A stretch of DNA of 63,888 bases, filler included, from Sluysia triapertura (taxonomy: Eukaryota): the NCBI GenBank assembly GCA_046118255.1. It is 5 parts of 5 records of this genome, joined end to end, with 100 filler letters (N's around TTAATTAATTAA, not from the genome) between each part and the next. Parts side by side here need not be neighbours in the genome. Positions count along the whole stretch, not along the records: positions 11,210 to 22,744 come from JBJNIA010183601.1; positions 22,845 to 34,278 come from JBJNIA010184779.1; 3 more parts are not named here. One strand, written 5' to 3'. Each line of letters starts with the position of its first letter. The stretch's first letter is position 1. The translations under genes were made by a program, and so were the position numbers. A model generated the notes under the pieces. The model made no database searches and was not told the DNA's origin. It saw nothing but the letters and a program-made list of their open reading frames with translations. Positions 12,086-24,073 of the stretch are shown one piece after another.

Positions 12086-13870
12086 GTTAGTAGTAATATT
12101 AAATAATATAATTTAATTTTTCAGAAATATTTTTTTAAATATTAAATTTTTACGGAACATTTCGATTTATTTTAGCGATTAAATTGTTTTTAAATTTGGT
12201 TATTATTTTTATTTATCACTTTTAATGACTTTTATATAAATTATTTTCTGATTTTTAAATTATCGTCATAATTTAATTAATTAAAATAGTAAAAATAGTA
12301 TACCATCTTAACAGAGTAAAAATGCAAATAGCTACAAACACATTTAATTTTATTTAATTTTATTTAATTTACAAATAAAAAGATACTGTTGATTAAGAGA
12401 TTGTTTATGATGAAGAATTTTTCAAAAAATCAATAATTTTAAATTTAAATTCTAAATATTTTTCTAAAAGCGCACTAGTAGAAGAAGAAATAAGAGAGAA
12501 AGGAGAGAAAACAATTCAGAATTTCCAAAATAAATCATCCCAGACAATTCATCTATTATTATTTCTTCGTAATTATTATTATTATTGAGTGACTTTATTT
12601 CGGAATAAAAATATTAAGCAGCTTATTTGTATAATAGAACAATAAATGAAAATTTTAATAAATTATTATTATTATTTTAATTATATTATTATTATTAAAC
12701 AATATATAAAACCTAAAATTCATCTTTATTTTTTGACCAAATATATTACTTTTAATAAATGTAATTATGCGATGATTGATGAGTACTCTTCGATCTATTT
12801 TTATCATTGCTAATTGTTAAATCTGCACTTTTAATGATATATAATTCATATAAATTAATCTTGGGATAGGTTTAGCTTGAACATAATTTTCAGTGACCTG
12901 ATTGGTTGATTGATTATTTGGTTTTATTAAGGTATGAGTATTATTTTAAATTTGGAAATAATCCTCTTATTTTTCGTAAAACGAATGGATGAAAACATTT
13001 TACGAAAACGTTTAAAAAAGGATGATCTGGAATTTCATTATATCTATAAATTATATCTTAAAAAGGCATTTGATACGAATGAAACATCATAGTTTTTGAC
13101 ATTTGTATTTCATCTTTCATAAATGCATTGATCAGATTATCTAATTATGGGTTGCTCTAAAAAATGGGTTGTCTATTTTCGGACAATCAGAAAAATTGCC
13201 CATTCCAATTGTGTGCTTGCATACATACAATGAAAAATTTTGTGGATAGAAAAAATTTTTCATATTTAAACAGGGTGAAGAAATTATTTCATCATTTTGT
13301 CATATTTTAGCAAATATTAATTAATAATGCATTAATTAATTAATTCAATTTAAATTAATCCGTGGGAATCGAAATAGCATTGCACACAAATTAAACATTA
13401 TTTTTCAAATGTTAAATGCGGAGTTACGGGTATGATAAATATAATTTCATATCCAATCAGGATCCAGATAATGCAGAGTAAAATTCAAATGGACTAATCA
13501 ATTAAAATTTATATCTTCTTACACTGCTTGTGAAGTAATTAATTTTAGGGTATGAGCATTTGCAATGAAGATAAATGTGTAAATAATTAATTATTTTATA
13601 TCCGCGTTTCTTTAGATTTATTATAAACATGTTGTGATAAGTTAAGTTTAAAAATGAAATTAAATAATACTAGTGCAACGTACCAAATTGTAGGCCTAAA
13701 CTGTAGTAATAATTTTAATAAAATATATGAGCACCAAGATGGATATTGAAAGCAGGATTATCTGAAAACGAAAAAGAAGCCAATCAAATGATGCTGTTAA
13801 TAATTTATTCACTAAAATAGTTAAAGATAGAGAAATTACTGTGATTGTCACAACTCAAGATCTGCCTTGT

Positions 13871-15935
13871 TGTAGTTGGATATAGTTTAATACAAAGAAT
13901 GATTTTAATTTATATGAAAATAGGTTTTACAACTATATGTTATCTTGATTTTTAAAACTTTTATTCTTAGGTTAATATTCATAGAATTAAAAAGGAGAAT
14001 GAATTTAAAAGTTTATAAATAAAGAACGAAAATCTGTAAACACAAAAATTTTACTGAACATATAAAATTTAAAAATTCGAACATTTAGTAAAATCACTCT
14101 GTATGCGATACTGTCGATTAGCCACGCTTCGCTATCTAAAAAGAAAATAGAAGTTAAATTGTCTTTGGTGTAACAACAAAAAGTGATTACTTTAGCATAA
14201 TCAATATAACCAATGTTGTCGTATATTTCCGAAGTTGGTATTCCAATGCATTTAAGTAAATTCGTAAGTCGGGACAGATGATCTGTGTGACATGTATATT
14301 CGGATTTGTGATTCAATAACTGATTAACTGCGTTTGCATATACACAATTAACTCCAAATTTTGTGCATATACCATTTGTGTCATACTATATGGGCAAAGT
14401 GCTGTTCTAATACATTGATTTGAACTTTATGAATTATTGAAATAGTTCTGAGAAATTGAATTGACATTAACCGATGGAAGGTACATTAAATTCTTGAACG
14501 TATAGCTAAAATGACGATGTTTATAAGGATCAGTATAACGATATACAGAACGTATTTTCAAATCTTTTTTACATTTGTCTTTGTACTCGATGCTTAAGTG
14601 GGATGCATTAATTCGTAAAACTTTATTTGAAATTAAGTTTAGGCATGTATTGATCGTTCTTATCTTAAAAGGTTTGATAATATTTATGTTCAATACATTA
14701 TTTTCTTTAACTCGTATATCGGCCATGAGAATTCTTTTACATGGAACAGAGTAATCAAAACCTTACCAGCAACTATTGGCGCGAACTTTACACTTTGATT
14801 CAGAATCAATGACATCAACATGACTAATTATATTTACTCTTATTCGAAAACTCATACTTCCTTGAATTATTTCAAATTTATCTTTATTATTTTCAAGTAA
14901 TTCTGTACGAAATGGTATCATAAATTCATAAAATTTTCATTTGATCTATTCACTTTTAAAATCGAATAACATTGAGAAAATATACTGATATAGCTGTGAA
15001 TGCTTAATCTCGTTTTGTTGTCGAAACTGGTGGTGAGAGTTCTCAAATTACAAACTTCACGTTAATTATGTTGAATATATTTTCATAGCAATCTATAGGA
15101 GTAATAGTCTGCTCTAGATATTGATTAGTAAATTCTTTTGAAACATTAACATCGAACCTAGGATAAAGAACATGTAAATAAATGTTATAAATGAGAATTT
15201 CTTCAATTTTTTCTGGAATACTAATGCATAAGCTTTTCTGTCGTTCATGACTATAATGTTCTTGATCATTGTTACATGGATTTAATTAAAAACTTTCATT
15301 TGGTGAAGCGGTAATTTCCAACTCAGTTGTAGAAGTCATTATAATCATATTTATAGGTTTGATTGTCTGAGAAGTATGATCTAGAGTTGATACTCGTTTT
15401 AAGAAAGTTTTATCTATCATTAAATCTGGATAATCTATTGTCTTTAACGATGTGATTATAAATGAATCGAAAATTGTCATTTTTCGTTTTGTAAATACAA
15501 TACTAGTAGTCATCCAATTTATTTGTTAATTTTTTAAAACACAAATGTTATTTTTAATTATTTTAAAAGTATATTTTTTTGATCGAATTGCTATTATAAT
15601 TGTCAATCAGTCCTTTTCATATTATAATTGGCTGAGTGTATGATTCAGAAGCAACACTTAGGATGCAATAATAAATATTATTTTTATTATCAAAAGCAAC
15701 AATAGTAGTTACAAAATAATATACAAAATATAATCTTCAATATCACTTGTAATTGGCTGTCCAACCAGAAAACGATCACTCTGGTTGGACGAATATTAAT
15801 AACATTGAAATGAATAAAACTGACAGACAGGCCGCTATCAATGGTGACAATAATTTATACATAGTAACAAATAGTGTCACCATTGATAGTGGTAATTACT
15901 AGTTAGATTATAAAATTAAAATTAAAAATAATGAA

Positions 15936-15984
<49 letters not shown>

Positions 15985-16472
15985 TTATTATTGTTATAAA
16001 TGCATAAAATTTTCTTAATATTGTTAATATTTCTTGACATATTTGAATCTATTTAAAGTAGTTAAATGTCTTTAGATGTCTGAAGGTTAAATGTTATGAT
16101 GTTGAAAACTTACGATTTAAGTATTTTGAAATGATATAAATGTTTTGTGTGGATTTTTAAATATACATTGATGTTTTGACCGAAGGTAATGTTTGGATGT
16201 TAGAAGATTGTGATTTGCAAATATATTGAGAGTAGTTTAGTGTATGTGAATAAGATAGATTATAGACTGTGTTTTGGTACATTCTAATAGGTAAATATGT
16301 GATGTTAAAAAGATATGATTTTGAATATGTTAATATTTAACTATGTAAGAAAGTGTTTATAATGAATTTTAAAAAATGTGAATTGTGGAATTTGAAAGTA
16401 AATATGATTTTTATAGCATTGTAAAGAAAAATTTTAATAAGATTTGTAAAAAGTAATGGGTTGGCCACCACA
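13871..16472 (-). mobile_element. Family A copy 1 (2602 bp), TG...CA element with 5-bp TSD CTTGT
   Basis: CTTGT at 13866-13870 and 16473-16477 flanks TGTAGTTGG...GGTTGGCCACCACA. Twin hairpins at 15759-15892, (TAA)n, skewed segment. Confidence 0.85.
14005..15513 (-). pseudogene. Family A copy 1 cargo: ~500-codon intronless orphan ORF broken by stops and frameshifts
   Basis: Track ORFs 15286-15513, 14427-14726 and 14005-14316 link through readable intervening codons. Distant similarity to cargo 24074-25235. Confidence 0.6.
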
Positions 16473-17092
16473 CTTGTCAAGGTGGTAATTATCGTGTTTA
16501 ATATTTAAAATATTAGACTTTTAGCATTTCCACAAATCAAATTATTCCGAATAGATAGTTTTCATGGTGCAACAGAAATACTATATGGATACTTGCTGGA
16601 AGATTATGAAATATTTAAGAAAAAGGTAAAGTTCTTTCTGTTTCAGAAATATTATAGTAAATGATTTATTCTAAACGCTTTTGAGTACTTACTTTGCAGT
16701 AGATATGAGTGCAACATAAATTAATATTGAGGGAGATACTTAGAAAACTGTGATAAATGTGAATTTATTGATAACGTTTGTTATTTGTGCACAAACGAAC
16801 AATATGAACAAAAACATAAATCATTGGCTACAGGTTTATTATTAGTAGATTCGCAAACGGATAAATGTGTCGTATGTTTTATAAATAAGATTGAATAACT
16901 TGTTCAAAATATAGAAAGAAGCAATGAATTTAACTAGGTATGAACAATTTCAGTTAATAGAGATATTAGAGACGTGTAAGTTTTGTGATTGCAAATTAAG
17001 AATATGAAAGTAATTGTCTGTTATTTTTAAATTGTCACCATATTAGACTAAAACAAGAAAAATATGTTTTTATCTGGTTTTCTTAATATTAG

Positions 17093-17328
17093 CAACCCTG
17101 GGCTGGAAACTCTTCAGACATGATTCCCGTAGAATATCTGTGGGAGATTATCAAAAGGAGAATTTCTATCCATAAACAAACCACCAGGTCGGAACTTATT
17201 GAAACCCTGATAAAAGTATGACATCACGTTGACGAGATCAAAGACTTGTGCCCCAAACTTATCCGTGGCATACGTCTTTAAGGATCAGGAAATTATTGGA
17301 TAACAAAGGAGGGCAAACAAAGTACTGA
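17093..17328 (+). mobile_element. Tc1-family transposase C-terminal remnant
   Basis: QPWAGNSSDMIPVEYLWEIIKRR...TTRSELIETLIKV*...LCPKLIRG...RI..LLDNKGGQTKY* corresponds to the Tc1 WP.NSPDLNPIE.LW...KGG.TKY motifs. Confidence 0.88.
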
Positions 17329-18327
17329 TACAACAGTTTGTACATATTTTATTTGTAGTAAATTGTGTTATCACATTCTACATGAATAAAATTTCTGTAT
17401 GTTTTGGATTTCAGTATTTTTATCTATTATTTTACTTTCAGCAGAATTGTTTGGAGAAAGTAGTTATTTTCGAACATTTTATATTTTCCGTGACGTTTTT
17501 ATACACTTTTGATTAATAGTTTCATAGTATCCTTGAAGAATGTTTAATTTTATCACAAAAATGGTTTTTAGTCTAATAATGTGGCAACTACTATCTCTTT
17601 CTCTCAATTTATGATAAGCATTATTCAATTTATAAACTATTAAAACATTTATATTTCTAAAAGTGGACTTAAGGTCCTTAATCATGTAAATCGAACAAGA
17701 AAAACACACAAAGTCCTTAAATATTATTCGAATTGTCAAAATAACTATAATAAAACGAAAATAATAGATAAAATAACAATGTTCATTTGATTATTTAAGA
17801 AACCATGTACAACATAGGAAATGAAGCTTCGACAATCAGCGACGTTTTCGGCAACACAACATAGAGGTTTTGATATATTTTCCGAGGATTTTCTTGCTTA
17901 GTTAGCAATTCTTCGATACTATCAAATGCATTTATACTAAAGCTCAATAATTTAAATGACTCTAAATAAAACATAACCGTATCGTGTGCTCCAACTGATA
18001 TCATGAACCGTCCAAAAGTTTGTTTCATTAAAATACTAGTCTTTTCTTACAAAACAACACAAGAATATACTCTTTTAGTCCTTAATTCACGTAAATTCAA
18101 ATTTTAAATTTGAATTTGTGTTTCATTTTTAAAGGCAGTACTACTATCGACTTATTATGATTAATTAATTTAATGTTATACGATGTTCTTAGTATTGCAC
18201 GTGCGTTACATGTTTCACAATTGTTTTCAAATGTGCAACGGACTTTACATATTTTGCTCAATAACTCTTTGAAAAAAGAAACATGGAAATTCAGTAAGTA
18301 ATACACTTTGAGAACATTCATTATAAT

Positions 18328-20552
18328 TTTGGTAATGTTGTTTTTAATTGAATGTTTATGTTTAGGTTTTGATCTTGTTTTAAGAAATTCTCTAAGTTTA
18401 GAAAAAGATTATTCTTTAATTTATTTAATAAGTAGTTTAGATTATCTTTGACTGTTACTTCACAATTTGAAATGACTTTATGAAATACGTTAACTATAAA
18501 ATAACTATAAAATAACTTAACTATAAAATATTTATTTTAAAATTGACAATTTATATTTATAGTATATAGACGTTTACTTCTGCATAAATCCCTTAGAATA
18601 CAATTTGTTCCGCTATCTAAAGAAAATTTAGAAAAATGATCATTATTATTTAAAATTACATTAAATATTACTTTAATAGATTTTACATTAAGATCATTGA
18701 TTGAGACTTGTCGAGCCGCGGAGTTTATACTTTTATATAGTTCAATGATTTGGCTATCACTCATAGTATGTACATATTTACAGCTATTGCCATACTTTAA
18801 GCAAACCCCTGATTCGTTTGAAGTAAAAGGAGAAAAGGCGATGTCACTGTATTGATGAAAAAAGATATCAATTTTGTAATTTTTTTATGTTTATCGTCAA
18901 TGACATTGATTGGTTGAATTACTTTGAAATCTTTATTCTCTCTATTTACAAAAACTTGATCATAGTATTTGTCTTTGTTATGATCTAGGATTGAACTAAT
19001 AAACACTTTAATATTTTTAAATAAATTATTAAAATAAATATTTTTATAAAATTTTAAATAATAATTAAATGATAGTCTAACTAAAGTTTTATCATAATCT
19101 TGTTTATATGCTAGGTAACTCACCGATAGTTTCGTTACGTCTTTACGATCAGCTTGATAGTGTACGAAGCGGCTCGTAGGTAGTCTGACCAAAACTGTAT
19201 CATCTCGTTCATATGTTAAGTAACACATCGATAGTTGAATTACATTTTTATGATAGGTATGATAATGCACGTAACGACTCGTAAATAGTTCGATCGACTC
19301 ATTATCATTGTCTTGGTTATGCACTAAATAACTCAAAAATAGTTTAAGTGTATCTTTCGATTACGATGATTAAGTGCTAAATTGCTCAAGAATAGTTTAA
19401 TTAAGTCTTTACGATTAACTTGATCAAGTACTTAATAATTCAAAGATAATTTATTTACATCATCATGATTGTCTTTATGGAGTATTAAATAATTGAGAGA
19501 CAATTTATTTACGTGATTACGATTATCCTTGTCGATCAAGTCATACAGAATTTTGAAATTAGACACAATCCCAATTAATTCTGTTTATACAAATTACTTT
19601 TATGAAATGATTTTTAAATTTTTTTGTGTATAAAATTTTTATGACGTTCTTACCTATGTTTGGTCATCCAACCAGAATCGTTTACAAGAAAGCAGAGTGG
19701 TTATTAATCTGGTTGGATGGCCAATAGAGTAAATATTTTGTACTGAAAATTGATGAGCAAACCACTATCAGTGATGACGTTAATTAAATTGTATTTAGAT
19801 GAATTAGCCACTGATAGTTGTAGTTACTTATTTATGTTACATTTAATTAAATTATGTTTAAAATAATGATAATAATAATAATAATAACAACGAAGTGTTA
19901 TTATTATTAATCGAAAAATGCATGAATTTCTTTTTCTTTAGAATTCTAAACATGATCTGTCTTTTATTTTTCACCTTCTGAACATATTAGGCTTAAAAAG
20001 GAATTTGTAGTGTTACGGCTTAATGTCAAATGTAACGGTTAAGACTTCGAGGTGTGATAGTGACGCTGATGCTGTGGAATAATGTATAAGACTTTTTAGT
20101 GTAATTTCTTAATGCTATTTGTTTATGTCAATTGAAAATTCATTTAAGTGTAAAATATTTTGAAACGCAATGAGTGTTTGTGTGGAAGTTAGAATACTTT
20201 TTAATGTTTTTCATGGGGTAAAATTTCTGGTTAAATATATTATTAAATTATGAATTGTTAATATGTTATAAAGACGTCGTTCACGTATAAAAGAAGGTGA
20301 TTATAGACTGTTGAGAATATAGTTTAAATCGAATTGTTTAAGATGAAAAAGCTGCAAAATAAAATATTTTGGATTAGTTTTTAATGTACATTGATGCTTT
20401 AAGACGTTCTTGTGATTTGGATGTTGTGAGGTGTTGAATAAATATTTTTTGATGAATTACCTAATGTGAAATGATGGTATTATTTGTTATGAGATTTCAG
20501 TATGTTTGAATTTTAGTGAAAACTTTTTAAGCTTAGTGAGTTGGCCATCACA
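18328..20552 (-). mobile_element. Family A copy 2 (2225 bp) with 5-bp TSD ATAAT
   Basis: ATAAT at 18323-18327 and 20553-20557. The paralogous empty site has a single ATAAT (10042-10046). Ends TTTGGTAATG...GTTGGCCATCACA. Hairpins at 19660-19821. Confidence 0.88.
18537..19570 (-). pseudogene. Family A copy 2 cargo: orphan protein with ~9 tandem 18-aa repeats
   Basis: KLSLNYLILHKDNHDDVN / KLSLNY*VLDQVNRKDLI / KLFLSNLALNHRNRKDTL / KLFLSYLVHNQDNDNESI / ELFTSRYVHYHTYHKNVI and so on. One stop and frameshifts. Confidence 0.65.
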
Positions 20553-20733
20553 ATAATATTTTAAATTATCTTCCAAATTAAGCAAATTGTTGGATTTAAC
20601 TACATTATTTAACATACAATAAATATAATCAACAATCATCCACATTCTTTTATCTGCTTGAGGACAATTTTCAAAATTACTGATATCGCTAATAATGTTT
20701 TGAATTCCTCCAGAACCCTTCACAGATTGCATT

Positions 20734-20825
20734 CTGAGAAATGTTTCATCTCTGTCAACGTTAATCTGAGAAATGTTTCATCTCTAACAACGTTAATCTG
20801 AGAAATGTTTCATCTCTAACAACGT
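20734..20825. repeat. Three tandem copies of a 32-bp unit (ctgagaaatgtttcatctctaacaacgttaat)
   Basis: Directly visible. The paralog near 10192 has a single copy. Confidence 0.9.
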
Positions 20826-21650
20826 CGTAATATATTTTAAATCTATTTAAAACTTGCATAAGAAAACTCGTAATATTAGAAATTAAAGTCTCATTAGCTT
20901 TCATTGTGAATAATGTAACATGTGAGAAATACTCTCTATATTCGGCTATTTTTAAAATACGCAGAAATATAATAATAAAATTAAATTGTATAATTTTTGA
21001 ATACTAAAAACTAAAATTGAAAATAAATTATAATAAAAATAATAAATAAAAAGTAATAAAAATAATATTATAATTGTAATAAGGAAGTAATCACGCATTC
21101 AAACAAATTTTTAATTAATTCACAGTTTTTTTGATTAATATATAATTTTTAATTAAAACCTAATTTTTAATAGAAACGTTCATTTATTACGTAGAATTTG
21201 AAGTCCTGATTGTTCCATGCTTAAAATTGTCTTATCTTAAAATTATGTCTTGAAGGTTGGTATATAAGTGAAAAATAAAAAACGATGATAATGGCGATCA
21301 TGAGGACTCGTACAACAAAAAGCATAATATTAACATATTTGGTTATTACATTTTGATCTAATTGATTTGATTTTATTATAAGATTGTGGATTGAAGTTTT
21401 ATAATTCATGAATTGTGTTGAGTACAATGAATTAATAATGTGTGACGTTTATTGATAATTGTGTGTACAAATGCTGATAATTTTAGCGGTTAATAACTTA
21501 AATATATTTTATTATAGGATTTTTGTGTGGAGTATGTTGAAGTAGTGATATGTAGAAAATGTTTTTTATGCAAATTATGTATGACTTGAATTATGACTTG
21601 TACGAATTTATGTATGAGAACGAGACTGATATTATAGTGCGTGGTTGAAA

Positions 21651-21837
21651 CATGTGCCCCTCTGACAATATTCTAATAATTGTTTTCTACTCCATGAATT
21701 TGCTGTTTATTTTTTATTTTTACAAATACTTTTTAACATGCATACTGTTCGTTACAAATATAATTGTTTTTTAATGCCATAGGATCCCGATTTTAATATC
21801 TTGCAGAGGGCCCGTCAGAGGCTAGTTACGGTACATG
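21651..21837. mobile_element. Degenerate MITE, probably hAT-type
   Basis: Imperfect TIRs CATGTGCC..CCTCTGAC / GTCAGAGGCTAGTTACGGTACATG. No TSD seen. Confidence 0.4.
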
Positions 21838-22744
21838 TATAAATATTTTGTGGTTATTAATTGAAATTCTGATAATTTTTAGCATTTTTGAATTTCATAA
21901 TCCTCTTGTTATCTTCTCGCAGATAATACATGTTCCAGTATGAATCAGTGCTCTTCTTTAATAACTTGTTTACTCGAAAATCAGTCACATTTCAAAAAGT
22001 AAGACCCATAAATGGTACCTCGAATATAAGCCGTAAAATGAGTCATCATTTTATTTTGTTCTACCTCTCCTTATCATTAGTTATCGCGCACCTATTATTC
22101 TCAAATACCTTACTAACATTTTCTATTACATACTTTCTCTGAACTCGTCAATGTGTGTCTTGATTTTGTGTTAGAAATATTTTCAAGAATTTCCTAACGA
22201 AATTTACTTAGTAAGGAAAACATAAAACCGATATTTGTTTTAATAAAGATGTAAATATAAAAATAGAATATAGAAAATAATAATCAGATCAAACATAAAA
22301 CAAAGTCGTGTGATTTGTTTAAATTTTTCATTTATTGAGAAAAATATACAATAAATATAAATTAAACTATCTATCTTTTACCTTTGATTTTAATTTTATT
22401 ATACATATACTTTGATGAAGAATGTTTACTTTGGAAAATATGCTTGTCTAAACTTTTCTTTTTTGTCTCGTTTACTTGAAGTTTNNNNNNNNNNNNNNNN
22501 NNNNNNNNNNNNNNNNNNNNNNNNNNNNNNNNNNNNNNNNNNNNNNNNNNNNNNNNNNNNNNNNNNNNNNNNNNNNNNNNNNNNNNNNNNNNNNNNNNNN
22601 NNNNNNNNNNNNNNNNNNNNNNNNNNNNNNNNNNNNNNNNNNNNNNNNNNNNNNNNNNNNNNNNNNNNNNNNNNNNNNNNNNNNNNNNNNNTAATAATTA
22701 TAGCAATATTGATAATAGTAATACCAATAATAATAATAATGATG

Positions 22745-22844
22745 NNNNNNNNNNNNNNNNNNNNNNNNNNNNNNNNNNNNNNNNNNNNTTAATTAATTAA
22801 NNNNNNNNNNNNNNNNNNNNNNNNNNNNNNNNNNNNNNNNNNNN
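22745..22844. other. Artificial scaffold-joining spacer
   Basis: 44N-TTAATTAATTAA-44N. Confidence 0.97.
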
Positions 22845-23434
22845 TAACGTCTTAAACATTATTAATTTTGGCAGGTTCAGGATGCACAAAGTTGAGTTAG
22901 TATTTAGTGCGAATTAATTGAACAAAAATACAAGTAATGGTCAAGAATTGTATATTAATTCATTGTGGATGAATTAAGGTATCATTTGTGAATAAATTGT
23001 CAGAAAATTTTGAATAAATCGTCAAATAATTGTGATAAAAGATTGACAAAACTGTGAAATGAAAACTTGTCAAAATTATGGTAATACGTGTTGTGGTGGC
23101 CAACCTTTCAAATTTTATAAAAATTCACCTTTTTTTATAACATTACAAAATCATCAAATCAACACATAAAATCATACCCTTTAACATTTTAGCATTATCA
23201 CATTTATCTTCTCTAGGTTCACCAAAACAATTTATCTATTAAAGTCAATTATATCCACACTTACAGAACATATAAACCACAATAACACTCTAAATCATTA
23301 AACTACATTAAAAAAGTATCTAAAGTAAGGTACCTCTCATCACAGAACAACACGAGAATAATATTCCAAGGTATTTAGGCCCCAATCAACTACATTTCGA
23401 TAACATTTCAACTTGTAATGCTATTTTAACAATA

Positions 23435-23556
23435 CACCTATCCCCCGATTTACACGATACTTATTTTACACGTTTTCGTTTTACACGGTTTTCCAAATAA
23501 GTTTTTTTTACGTTTTTTTCAGGAACATATCTACCGTGCAAATTGGGGGATAGGTG
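23435..23556. mobile_element. 122-bp pogo/Tigger-like (Tc1-mariner) MITE nested in Family A copy 3
   Basis: TA TSD. TIRs CACCTATCCCCCGATTTACACG / CGTGCAAATTGGGGGATAGGTG. Confidence 0.88.
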
Positions 23557-24073
23557 TAATGAGGTGGCATTAGAACTTATGGGGTAATCATAAAATATCA
23601 TGTTCTTTCTTTGTCTAACTTTGAATATGTTGAGAAATTAAAGATTATCAAAGAAAGTTCATGTACAGATCTTTTTACAAGAATTTATGTATTTTAAATA
23701 TTTTATTTTCAATTAGTATTGATAATAATAACAATATTATTGTTATTATTGTTAATATTAACTTATTAACTTTATGCACTTTATAAATAAGTAACTACCA
23801 CCATCAATGCTGACATTACTGATTACTATACATGAATTCATGTCAACATTGATGGTGGCTCATCTTTCAATTATCTAGTTTGCAATCTTTAGTATTGGTC
23901 GCCAAATCAGTGTTATTCTGACCATTAATTTTATACGTTTCCTGGTTGGGCGGCCAATCAGGTTGATGCTTAGTACAAAATTTTGAGGTAAAAAAATTTT
24001 TCAAATATAATGTTCACAAAAATTTTATTAGCGTAATAGAATCAGAAACATTAAAATTTTATCCATATCAGTA

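Larger units (their letters stand above)
13680..16485 (+). pseudogene. Degenerate host exon interrupted by Family A copy 1 (weakly Tudor/SN-like)
   Basis: Removing the element and one TSD rejoins ...NLFTKIVKDREITVIVTTQDLPC|QG followed by a gtaatt donor. Further broken exons lie at about 16520-16940. Confidence 0.3.
17615..21652 (-). mobile_element. Family H copy 2, split by insertion of Family A copy 2
   Basis: Left part matches 9320-10046 and right part matches 10042-10978. Confidence 0.75.

Noticed and set aside
12300-13590. Possible reprolysin/ADAM-like pseudogene (EIVYDEEF, LGLA, CEGMSICNEDKCV)
   Set aside because: No HExxH motif could be recovered and there are too many stops to support a call.
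20734-20825. CRISPR-like 32-bp repeats
   Set aside because: They are head-to-tail with no spacers, in a eukaryotic context, and single-copy in the paralog.
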